Assembly (NCBI GenBank): GCA_035650735.1
Contig: DASRGZ010000093.1
Span: 1-34,522 of the forward strand
Length of the DNA: 34,522 nt
Direction of reading: 5' to 3'
Source: Chthonomonadaceae bacterium
GTDB lineage: Bacteria; Armatimonadota; Chthonomonadetes; Chthonomonadales; Chthonomonadaceae
Part shown: piece after piece, positions 1-9,434 of the stretch
Layout: every line of letters starts with the position of its first letter
Numbering within the stretch: the stretch's first letter is position 1
The notes under the pieces: model-generated
What the model was told of the DNA's origin: nothing
The model's database searches: none
Seen by the model: only the letters and a program-made list of their open reading frames with translations
Translations under genes and position numbers: made by a program

Positions 1-234
1 CTTATCGACGATCTGGCCGGGCAAAAACCGGCTGTCTCCAGGATGGCGGACCTTGCGCTTTCGTAGCATCTGACGGACGATGACCTCGACATGCTTGTCG
101 TTGATGTCGACGCCCTGGCTCTTGTAGACGCTCTGGATCTCTTTGACCAGGTAGTCCTGGACCCCTCGGATGCCCTGCAACTCCAGCACCTTCATCGGGT
201 CCAAGGGGCCCTCGGTGAGCCGGTCGCCGGGATT
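1..234 (-). pseudogene. rpoC: RNA polymerase beta' subunit, internal/C-terminal fragment, 5'-truncated by IS21 and running off the window
   Basis: Manual translation from 234 down gives [78 protein letters not shown], which contains the conserved RpoC motif VY..QGV.INDKH.EVIVRQM. Not in the ORF track. The frame is closed upstream by TGA at 240-238 inside the IS end. Confidence 0.92.
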
Positions 235-336
235 GTGTCATCGCCGGTGGTATAATGCTCACTCGCGCCGCCTGAAAAGTGCTCGGTTGTAGTCCTTTGT
301 AGAACAACCTGGTCATTACTCTTTCGCCGGGAGGAT

Positions 337-1602
337 ATGACCACTTTGCTACGAGGAGACAACGTGAGCGACATTCAAGCCTTACGACACAAAGGACTGT
401 CCATCAGCCAGATCAGCCAACTTACCGGCTTCAACCGCCGAACCGTTCGCAAGTATCTGGCCCAACCGGGCATTCCTGAGTATGGGCCGCGTCCCGCCGC
501 GCCCAGCAAACTCGACCCGTTCAAAGACTACATCCACGAGCGGTTGCAAGCCGGTGTCTGGAATATGGTCGTGCTCCTGCGCGAGTTACAAGAGCGCGGG
601 TGCACGGGCGGCTACACCATTCTCAAAGAGTATGTCCATCCGCTGCGCCAGGAGGCCCAAAGCCAGGCGGTACGCCGCTTTGAAACCCCGCCCGGTTTTC
701 AGGCGCAGATAGACTGGGGCGACCGAGGCACCGTCGAAGTAGACGGCCAGAAGCAACCCCTCTCCGGTTTCGTGCTGACCCTGGGTCACAGTCGCGCCCT
801 GTTCTGTGACCTGGCTACCGACCAGACGTTAGTGACCTTCCTGCGAATGCATGAGGAAGCGTTCCGGCACTTAGGCGGGGTGCCGCAAGAAATTCTCTAC
901 GACCGCCTCAAGACGGTCGTGCTGGGAATAGATGCGCGCGCCGAGATCATCTGGCATCCTATCTTCCGGGACTTCGCCCGGTATTGGGGCTTTCGGCCTC
1001 GGCTGTGCCATGCTTACCGTCCCCAGACTAAAGGCAAGGTCGAGAGCGGCATCCGCTACTTACGCTCCAGTTTTCTCTGTGGGCGGCAGGCCAAAAGTGT
1101 AGACGACCTGCGCGCCCAATTACGCGCTTGGATCGCCCAGATCGCCAACCGGCGGGTGCATGGTACAACCCACCAGGTCGTCTACGAGGCCTGGCAGCAA
1201 GAGAAACTGCATCTGCAACCGCTGGCCGGGCGTGCGCCCTATCCCTATGTGCCCGAACAGCAGCGACGGGTCACCCGCGATGCCTTCGTCTCTTACCAGA
1301 CCAACCGCTACAGTGTGCCCTGGCAGGCTGCCGGACAGGAAGTGGCGGTGCGCGAGATAGACGGGCAGGTACAAATCTGGCGCGGTGGAGAGCAGATTGC
1401 CGTGCATACGCTGTGCCCAGGGCGCTACCAGACGATTAGCCTCGCCGGTCACCATGCCGACATTCCTTTGGGTAGCAGCGGCAGACCCCAGGGCAAAGCC
1501 CGCGTCACCATCCGTGCGGATGAACCCCAAGTGCAGGTACGCTCGCTCTCGGTCTACGAGGAGGTCTGTCTTCCCCAGGCAGAAGGGAGGAGTGCCGCAT
1601 GA
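337..1602 (+). CDS. istA: IS21 DDE transposase IstA
   Basis: N-terminal HTH (GLSISQISQLTGFNRRTVRKYL), motifs RFETPPGFQAQIDWG, LYDRLKT, PQTKGKVE, RVHGTT; GGAGG RBS upstream. Confidence 0.96.
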   Translation: MTTLLRGDNVSDIQALRHKGLSISQISQLTGFNRRTVRKYLAQPGIPEYGPRPAAPSKLDPFKDYIHERLQAGVWNMVVLLRELQERGCTGGYTILKEYVHPLRQEAQSQAVRRFETPPGFQAQIDWGDRGTVEVDGQKQPLSGFVLTLGHSRALFCDLATDQTLVTFLRMHEEAFRHLGGVPQEILYDRLKTVVLGIDARAEIIWHPIFRDFARYWGFRPRLCHAYRPQTKGKVESGIRYLRSSFLCGRQAKSVDDLRAQLRAWIAQIANRRVHGTTHQVVYEAWQQEKLHLQPLAGRAPYPYVPEQQRRVTRDAFVSYQTNRYSVPWQAAGQEVAVREIDGQVQIWRGGEQIAVHTLCPGRYQTISLAGHHADIPLGSSGRPQGKARVTIRADEPQVQVRSLSVYEEVCLPQAEGRSAA

Positions 1603-2393
1603 GCCAGACCCCTTCTACTTTAGAGCGATTGCACCACGCTCTGACCAGTCTGGGACTGGCCGAGGCGGACGCGGTGGTGGAAACGCCTCTGGAACGCGCC
1701 GCTCGCGAAGAGTGCGCCTACGCCGATTTTCTATGCGACCTGCTCTCCTGTGAGGTGACGGCCCGCCACGACCGGCATATTCGTAACCGTTTGCGCCAGG
1801 CGCGACTGCCTTTCCAGAAGACGCTGGAACAGTTTGATTTCGCCTTTCAGCCCAGCATTGAGGAGCGCCAGATCCGCGAACTCAGAACCTTGCGTTTTGT
1901 TCATGACGCCAGTAATGTCGTTTTCCTGGGGCCACCGGGTGTGGGCAAAACGCATCTGGCGGTCGGCTTAGCCGTCGAAGTCATCCGCGCCGGGTTCACC
2001 GCCGCCTTTATGACGGCTCATGACCTGGTCAGCGACTTGGGCAAAGCCGCACGGGAGGGCAAGTTGAACCAGCGTCTACGGGCGTATGTAAACCCTAAAG
2101 TGCTCGTCATTGACGAGATGGGCTACCTGCCTCTGGATGAGGTAGGAGCCACCCTGTTCTTCCAATTGGTCTCAGCCCGCTATGAGCGGGGCAGCATTCT
2201 CTTGACCAGCAACAAGAGTTACAGCGATTGGGGAGCCGTCTTTGGCGATCCCGTGATTGCTACGGCGGTGTTAGACCGACTGCTGCACCACTCGGCCACC
2301 GTCAACATTCGCGGGGAGAGTTACCGCTTGAAAGAACGCCGTAAAGCCGGATTGCTCTCCCCTTTGGAGAAGCGGGATCCAGTGACCGCCTGA
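1599..2393 (+). CDS. istB: IS21 AAA+ ATPase helper IstB
   Basis: Walker A GPPGVGKT, Walker B LVIDEMGY, LDRLLHH, GESYR; ATGA overlap with istA. Confidence 0.96.
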   Translation: MSQTPSTLERLHHALTSLGLAEADAVVETPLERAAREECAYADFLCDLLSCEVTARHDRHIRNRLRQARLPFQKTLEQFDFAFQPSIEERQIRELRTLRFVHDASNVVFLGPPGVGKTHLAVGLAVEVIRAGFTAAFMTAHDLVSDLGKAAREGKLNQRLRAYVNPKVLVIDEMGYLPLDEVGATLFFQLVSARYERGSILLTSNKSYSDWGAVFGDPVIATAVLDRLLHHSATVNIRGESYRLKERRKAGLLSPLEKRDPVTA

Positions 2394-2501
2394 GCGGCGA
2401 TTGGGTCGGCGATGTATCCGGCGAAAAGGACGGCGAACTGAGCACGTTTCAACCGGCGAAATGGGCATAGATTCGAGCGGCGTTGACAGATCTGCTCTAT
2501 G

Positions 2502-5500
2502 GTTTCAATTCCACGCTGGTTCGATTAAAGGTAGAGATCATCGCCAAAGCCAACCTGGCCATCTATTTGTTTCAATTCCACGCTGGTTCGATTAAAGGCG
2601 CATACAATGTAGGGACGATCCTGATCGTCGTGATGTTTCAATTCCACGCTGGTTCGATTAAAGTTGTGCTCATCGTCGCGTTTCTGCTCTTGAGTCGCGG
2701 TTTCAATTCCACGCTGGTTCGATTAAAGCGCTTCCCCCGAGGCCGATCTGTGTTCCAAGTGGTTTCAATTCCACGCTGGTTCGATTAAAGCTTCCCCCCA
2801 GATGCTGACGCCAAATGTCAGTATGAATAGGGTTTCAATTCCACGCTGGTTCGATTAAAGGAGCTGGGCGGCGAGATTATCGAAGGCGACGACAAGGGTT
2901 TCAATTCCACGCTGGTTCGATTAAAGCCTGGCCCTATCCAGCCCGGAGAGCCGCCCATGACAACGTTTCAATTCCACGCTGGTTCGATTAAAGCAGCGCC
3001 AGAGGCGCCGCCTCCGCAAGCGGGGCCATGTTTCAATTCCACGCTGGTTCGATTAAAGTGAACTGGAACGCGCGCATGGTCTGCCAGCTCACCTGTTTCA
3101 ATTCCACGCTGGTTCGATTAAAGCCCCAGCTAAAAAAAGGAGAGGAGGAACGAAAAATGTGTTTCAATTCCACGCTGGTTCGATTAAAGTGTTGCCGCTC
3201 TGCCAGGGCGGATCGCACCAAGCTGGTTTCAATTCCACGCTGGTTCGATTAAAGCTTGACCGCGCCAGCGAGTGCGACGCACTCGACCCTGTTTCAATTC
3301 CACGCTGGTTCGATTAAAGGCTGGGCCGCGATCGACGCCAAGCGGCGCTGGCTGCGGTTTCAATTCCACGCTGGTTCGATTAAAGGCCTCGCAGTCGCCC
3401 AACTACGCCAACCTGATCAACTGTTTCAATTCCACGCTGGTTCGATTAAAGTCGAGCTCGGCGGCGAGATTATCGAAGCGCAAGACAGTTTCAATTCCAC
3501 GCTGGTTCGATTAAAGACGCGCGCGGGCGCGCGTGGAGGAAGGGGATTATAGGTTTCAATTCCACGCTGGTTCGATTAAAGCAATTGCGCTGCTTCCACA
3601 GGGAACGCAGAAACTCGGTTTCAATTCCACGCTGGTTCGATTAAAGGCCGCCCGGTCGCGGTCGGGCAAAAGCTCGTTCAGGGTTTCAATTCCACGCTGG
3701 TTCGATTAAAGCTTGACCGCGCCAGCGAGTGCGACGCACTCGACCCTGTTTCAATTCCACGCTGGTTCGATTAAAGCGAAACCGAGCCAGCCCCTGGATC
3801 GACCCGCTGCCAATGTTTCAATTCCACGCTGGTTCGATTAAAGAAGCGTCTGCCCGACCGCGACCGGGCGGCGTAGGCGGGTTTCAATTCCACGCTGGTT
3901 CGATTAAAGTCAAACTGCTCCACGATGCTTGACCAGGCATTTTCGGTTTCAATTCCACGCTGGTTCGATTAAAGGCCTTTACGATTGCGCAGCGAGGTCT
4001 GGATAGCACGAGTTTCAATTCCACGCTGGTTCGATTAAAGTCGTGCAAAACGCCTGTCGCGTCAGCCATCGCGAGCAGTTTCAATTCCACGCTGGTTCGA
4101 TTAAAGCTTGAAGGCGACGACAAGGCCGTCGCGAGCGAAAGGAGTTTCAATTCCACGCTGGTTCGATTAAAGGTCGGCCTCCAGGGCGCGCAGGCCGCTG
4201 AAAGGTATCTGTTTCAATTCCACGCTGGTTCGATTAAAGGTGCCGCCGCGCACGATGACCGTGCGGGCATAGGTGTTTCAATTCCACGCTGGTTCGATTA
4301 AAGCTGCTCTGCGCACCAGCAGGCGAACTCATGCAAAATGGGTTTCAATTCCACGCTGGTTCGATTAAAGTGTCGTCGCCTTCAAGAAGATCGCCGCCCA
4401 GCTCGACGGTTTCAATTCCACGCTGGTTCGATTAAAGGAGGTTTTTCCGCCGATGATATGCACGCCGTTCATGCGTTTCAATTCCACGCTGGTTCGATTA
4501 AAGCCGCCTACGCCGCCTACGCCTACGCCCGCGACGCCGAGTTTCAATTCCACGCTGGTTCGATTAAAGGCCGCCCGCGCGGGCGCCTTCGGCGGGCGAA
4601 CCTTGGTTTCAATTCCACGCTGGTTCGATTAAAGTGTGGACGCGGAGCTTATCAAGTGGACGTATACCGAGTTTCAATTCCACGCTGGTTCGATTAAAGA
4701 GCGCCTGCCGCCGCATGGCCTCCATGGGATGACCGGTTTCAATTCCACGCTGGTTCGATTAAAGGTCGTCGCCTTCAAGAAGATCGCCCCCCAACTCGAC
4801 CGTTTCAATTCCACGCTGGTTCGATTAAAGACCGACAGGCACGTGGCAAGGACGGCGACGATTGCAGGTTTCAATTCCACGCTGGTTCGATTAAAGCAGC
4901 CAACCCTGGGCGGCCTGGGCGGCGTTGTTGGTGGCGGGTTTCAATTCCACGCTGGTTCGATTAAAGCGTGACGCGCAAAGCGCTGCTCAAGCGCGCCATT
5001 AGGTTTCAATTCCACGCTGGTTCGATTAAAGGAGGCGGAGCTGGAACCGTCTTCCCTCTCTTCGCCTTGTTTCAATTCCACGCTGGTTCGATTAAAGCTT
5101 CTCCGGCTCGCCGTTGAAGCCAGGCAGCATCCCTTGTTTCAATTCCACGCTGGTTCGATTAAAGCTTGATGCTGTCCCAGGTCGGCCTGGGCCTGCTCCA
5201 GTGTTTCAATTCCACGCTGGTTCGATTAAAGCAGGTCTGGGATGCGTTGGGGTGGGCGGATGCGCGGGTTTCAATTCCACGCTGGTTCGATTAAAGTAGG
5301 CGATGCCCGATGCCTTGAGGTGGCAGGAAGGAGTTTCAATTCCACGCTGGTTCGATTAAAGTTGTGCGAGTGGGAGCGCGAGGCGCTTCCCTGCCAAGTT
5401 TCAATTCCACGCTGGTTCGATTAAAGCCGCTCAGGTTCACGCCGATACCCCGCACAACCGAGAGTTTCAATTCCACGCTGGTTCGATTAAAGGAGTCGGC

Positions 5501-7721
5501 GGCGGTGAGAGCTAAAGCGTTGTTCACGAGTTTCAATTCCACGCTGGTTCGATTAAAGCCTCGACTGACCGCATGAGCAACCTGAGTGGCAACGGTTTCA
5601 ATTCCACGCTGGTTCGATTAAAGCCGGCGTGCTCGATATGGATGCCGCGCCGGTTGGCGGTTTCAATTCCACGCTGGTTCGATTAAAGGGCGCGTGCCGC
5701 AACTGACCGGCCAGAGAGAGCACGGTTTCAATTCCACGCTGGTTCGATTAAAGCGTCCCCGTGCCCGTCTCCACTGCTCGGTTTGCTTCGTTTCAATTCC
5801 ACGCTGGTTCGATTAAAGGGTCAATCCTTGCCTTTCGCGTAAGGCGGCCAGCCACGTTTCAATTCCACGCTGGTTCGATTAAAGCAAATTGAGGCTCAAC
5901 TGGCCTCCGCAATCGTGATCAGTTTCAATTCCACGCTGGTTCGATTAAAGTCGCGCCACTGGCACTGGAGAGGGTATCAATGGTTTCAATTCCACGCTGG
6001 TTCGATTAAAGCTGCTCAATCGCCCGCTCTACATGAGCGAGTACGCGCGTTTCAATTCCACGCTGGTTCGATTAAAGCCTTTTTCCTGGCCATCCCTCTG
6101 TTGATCTTTATCGGTTTCAATTCCACGCTGGTTCGATTAAAGCATGTGCCACTGCCCGCCGGCGGTCAGGTACTCATCCGGTTTCAATTCCACGCTGGTT
6201 CGATTAAAGTGGAATTGCCAGCACGCGCCGGGTCTGCTATACTGTGTTTCAATTCCACGCTGGTTCGATTAAAGTCACAGCTTCAGTTACCCTTACCCTC
6301 GCTCGTTCCAGGTTTCAATTCCACGCTGGTTCGATTAAAGGATCAATCCAACCGAGAACTATGGCGACAGCCTGCTCAGTTTCAATTCCACGCTGGTTCG
6401 ATTAAAGTGGTCAGCACGCTGCTAAAGCTCGCTCCCTCGTCCTGTTTCAATTCCACGCTGGTTCGATTAAAGGTCTGGCTCTCCCCTGCCGATCTCAAAG
6501 CCGGTAAGCGGTTTCAATTCCACGCTGGTTCGATTAAAGGGCTACCACGTCCCCGCGCCAGACCGGCGTACCATGTTTCAATTCCACGCTGGTTCGATTA
6601 AAGACGACTTCTACAAGGGCCAGTGGATCGCGTTTCGCAGGTTTCAATTCCACGCTGGTTCGATTAAAGAACGCCAAACGACAGAGGAGGCGGCGCCTTC
6701 ATCGGGTTTCAATTCCACGCTGGTTCGATTAAAGGACCAGGTGGGCAGCTTCACCGCCGTCTCCTCCTCAAGTTTCAATTCCACGCTGGTTCGATTAAAG
6801 GATGCTCAGGCCAGCGGGTACGGCGCAAAGAGTTATGTTTCAATTCCACGCTGGTTCGATTAAAGTCTGTTCGCGCTCGCGGGCTTCGATAAGGTCAAAT
6901 TGTTTCAATTCCACGCTGGTTCGATTAAAGCAGACCACGTACATCTATTTGTTCGAGTCTTCCCTAGTTTCAATTCCACGCTGGTTCGATTAAAGGAGGA
7001 AAAGGAGGCGAACACTCATGCCGCCTCATAGTCGTTTCAATTCCACGCTGGTTCGATTAAAGGGTCTCCATCTGCCCCGCGATCACCGCCCGGATCGCCT
7101 GTTTCAATTCCACGCTGGTTCGATTAAAGCCTGGCGCGCAAGGAGCGCATCCTCCGCCTTCTTTAGTTTCAATTCCACGCTGGTTCGATTAAAGGTTGCC
7201 CGCTGTGCCAAAGCCCGCCAGGTTTGCCAGGTTTCAATTCCACGCTGGTTCGATTAAAGCAGGTCATCGCGCCAGTTGTTGGAGTCCAGCAGTTCCGTTT
7301 CAATTCCACGCTGGTTCGATTAAAGTCTTTCGCATATTTCGCTTATTTCGCATGGTCTTAAGTTTCAATTCCACGCTGGTTCGATTAAAGTTTTCAAGAC
7401 AACCGCGAGCTTCGCTTTGTCGCTGGCAAGTTTCAATTCCACGCTGGTTCGATTAAAGCTGCTGTGGTTTTGCTTCCAAATAAGCCAAATAACATTGTTT
7501 CAATTCCACGCTGGTTCGATTAAAGCCATAGAGACGCTGAAGGGGTTGAAGCCTACACTGGGTTTCAATTCCACGCTGGTTCGATTAAAGTATCTCCTCC
7601 TCTTAGAGTATTTCCTGCATCTTCTTTGTTTCAATTCCACGCTGGTTCGATTAAAGTCTGTTCGCGCTCGCGGGCTTCGATAAGGTCAAATTGTTTCAAT
7701 TCCACGCTGGTTCGATTAAAG
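2502..7721 (-). CRISPR. CRISPR array, 80 repeats of 29 bp and 79 spacers of about 32-41 bp (manual count)
   Basis: Repeat GTTTCAATTCCACGCTGGTTCGATTAAAG on +, equal to CTTTAATCGAACCAGCGTGGAATTGAAAC on -. The ATTGAAAC 3' end is typical of Cas6-processed I-B/III repeats. The leader is inferred at the cas2 side. A 13-bp remnant (2489-2501) sits between the IS and the first repeat. Confidence 0.98.
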
Positions 7722-7902
7722 GACAGTACTAGGTCAGCTCCCGCTCTTTGGCTCTACTGCTAGAGAGAATTCGATGGGGATAGCTGTCTTTTCCTCCTGC
7801 CCCCCCACTTTTGGAGACAAAAGAGTCGTCGGCCTCTACCTCGACGCCACACTACCGTAGGCCGACGACACACCAGGGGCGGCTTTGCAGGGGAAGAGAA
7901 GA
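7722..7902 (-). promoter_or_regulatory. CRISPR leader
   Basis: Non-coding stretch between the cas2 stop and the terminal repeat. Contains an 11-bp inverted repeat GTCGTCGGCCT (7825-7835) / AGGCCGACGAC (7859-7869). Confidence 0.75.
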
Positions 7903-8166
7903 TCAGAAGAACTGGCTTACTGGCAACTTTTCCTTGCCAATTACCTGCCTGCCGGCCCAGCGCACCTCCCGCAGCACCCAGATGAGCACCGAGTCTACCT
8001 CCAGGTCCATCCGCTTGGCTAACCCTGCCTTCATACTCTCCAATTTCGACTCCGGCAGGTCGCCTTCGAAGACTGAGTTCTGCACCCGGGGCAGGTAGCG
8101 CTTGAGGAACTGACAGATACGGCTGACCCGCTCCTCGGCAATATCGTAGACCACAATCACATACAT
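7903..8166 (-). CDS. cas2: CRISPR-associated endonuclease Cas2
   Basis: 87 aa; MYVIVVYDI and VQNSVFEG motifs. Confidence 0.97.
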   Translation of the reverse strand: MYVIVVYDIAEERVSRICQFLKRYLPRVQNSVFEGDLPESKLESMKAGLAKRMDLEVDSVLIWVLREVRWAGRQVIGKEKLPVSQFF

Positions 8167-8249
8167 AGCTTCCTCTTTCTATCGCTACTACGCGCTAAAC
8201 GGAAGGCCGTGCCCCAGGCCCAGCAGGGGCAGAAGCCAGCTTTCTCTCG

Positions 8250-9428
8250 TTACCACCAGGCCCGAAACGCCCGGTAGGTCTCTAGGCCCGTCAGATGCCG
8301 GATCAGCTTGTAGCACTCCAGCCGGATCAGGTGACGATACGAGACATGCCGCCCCAACCTGCGATGTTTGATGGTCGTCCCTAGCCGCTCTTCTAGCGCC
8401 GCCAAAAACAGCTTCTTGCCCACATCCGTCAGATAGCAGCCGTTCAGGGAGGTGTCGAAGTGCTCCGGCTTGAGCTGGCCCGTGTTGACCAGACGGAAGA
8501 TAGCCCGGTCCACCAAGAGCGGCTTGAAGATCTCCGACAGGTCCAGGGCCAGCGAGAACCGTCGTGCTCCCGGTTCATGCAGATAGGAGATGGTAGGCGT
8601 CAACTGCGTGCGGTAGATCTCGCTCAGGCAGACGGTATAGAGCAGGGAGTTGCCGAAAGAGATCAGCGCATTAATCTCGTTGTCCGGGGGACGACGCACC
8701 CGTTGCGTGAACTCCCAGTCTGCCGAGAGGATATGCCGCCACGCCTGGTAGTAGCGCTCCCGCATCTTGCCTTCCAGGCCCCGCAGGACATTAACCTCCG
8801 TCTGGTCTGCAATCAGGGCGGCCAGCCCCGTGATGACAGCGTGCAGGTGCTCCAGCGAGGAGGGAGCGGCCTCGAACGCCACCGTTGAGGTCAGCGGGTC
8901 CGGCTCCTGGGCGGACGGTTCGGATAAGGGCAAGTCCATCCCGGCATCTACGGCGGCCTCCTTGTCGGCATCGATGGGCACGCCCGTGCTGGCGCTCTCT
9001 GCACCGACTTCGCCCAAAGGCTCGGCCTCCGCCTCGGCGCTCTGGCCCCGACGGCGGCTGTAGTAGCCGACGTTACGCAGCATCGAGTGGGCCGAAGCCT
9101 GCACCAGTTCCCGCACAAGCGCCAGGCGCTGGGGCGCTTGGGAATAGTGCTCGACCTGCCGGACCAGCAGGTAGCCGGAGTGGAGGTACTCGCGCGGATA
9201 GTAGCTGCCGGCATAGAAGCCGTAGTAGTTGAAGACATGCAGGACGACCTTCTTCTGGGACAGGAAGTTGAGAAGCTTGGTATTGATGTCTACCTCGCCG
9301 TAGAGATAGAGGCTCTCCACGTCCTCGATGGGCACAGGCTTCTTTTCTCCGTTGGCGTTCTCGATGGTAAGGGTGTTGGCCTCGCGCTTGACCCGGCCAT
9401 TGGACAGGACATAGTAGTTTTTTGACAT
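8250..9428 (-). CDS. cas1: Cas1 (type I-B-like) with a ~60-aa acidic insertion
   Basis: NYYGFYAGSYYPRE, RRPPDNEINALISFGNSLLY, SYLHEP, LALDLSEIFKPLLVDR. Confidence 0.97.
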   Translation of the reverse strand: MSKNYYVLSNGRVKREANTLTIENANGEKKPVPIEDVESLYLYGEVDINTKLLNFLSQKKVVLHVFNYYGFYAGSYYPREYLHSGYLLVRQVEHYSQAPQRLALVRELVQASAHSMLRNVGYYSRRRGQSAEAEAEPLGEVGAESASTGVPIDADKEAAVDAGMDLPLSEPSAQEPDPLTSTVAFEAAPSSLEHLHAVITGLAALIADQTEVNVLRGLEGKMRERYYQAWRHILSADWEFTQRVRRPPDNEINALISFGNSLLYTVCLSEIYRTQLTPTISYLHEPGARRFSLALDLSEIFKPLLVDRAIFRLVNTGQLKPEHFDTSLNGCYLTDVGKKLFLAALEERLGTTIKHRRLGRHVSYRHLIRLECYKLIRHLTGLETYRAFRAWW

Positions 9429-9434
9429 AGGACA

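Larger units (their letters stand above)
236..2488 (+). mobile_element. IS21-family insertion sequence
   Basis: TG...CA termini. Left end TGTCATCGCCGGTGGTATAATGCTCACTCGCGCCGCCTGAAAAGTGCTCGGTT; right end (reverse complement) TGTCAACGCCGCTCGAATCTATGCCCATTTCGCCGGTTGAAACGTGCTCAGTT. Encloses istA and istB. Flanks GATTG and GATCT are not a duplication. Confidence 0.95.

Noticed and set aside
2446..2452. GTTTCAA in the IS right end matching the repeat start
   Set aside because: Only 7 bp, and part of the IS terminal repeat (TGAAA..GTGCTC) also present at the left end.
2861..4801. PAM inference from overlapping spacers
   Set aside because: The overlaps are at crRNA 3' ends or between different alleles, so the 5' flanks cannot be read reliably.
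2401..7683. Many ORFs across the CRISPR array (FQFHAGSIK / FNSTLVRLK repeats)
   Set aside because: They are translations of repeat-spacer units, not genes.
2531..7692. Self-targeting spacers against cas genes, tRNA-Phe or the IS
   Set aside because: Only matches of about 10 nt or less were noticed; not exhaustively computed.
7745..7780. Possible degenerate repeat (TTCGAT) in the leader
   Set aside because: Only a 6-nt match; the rest does not align.
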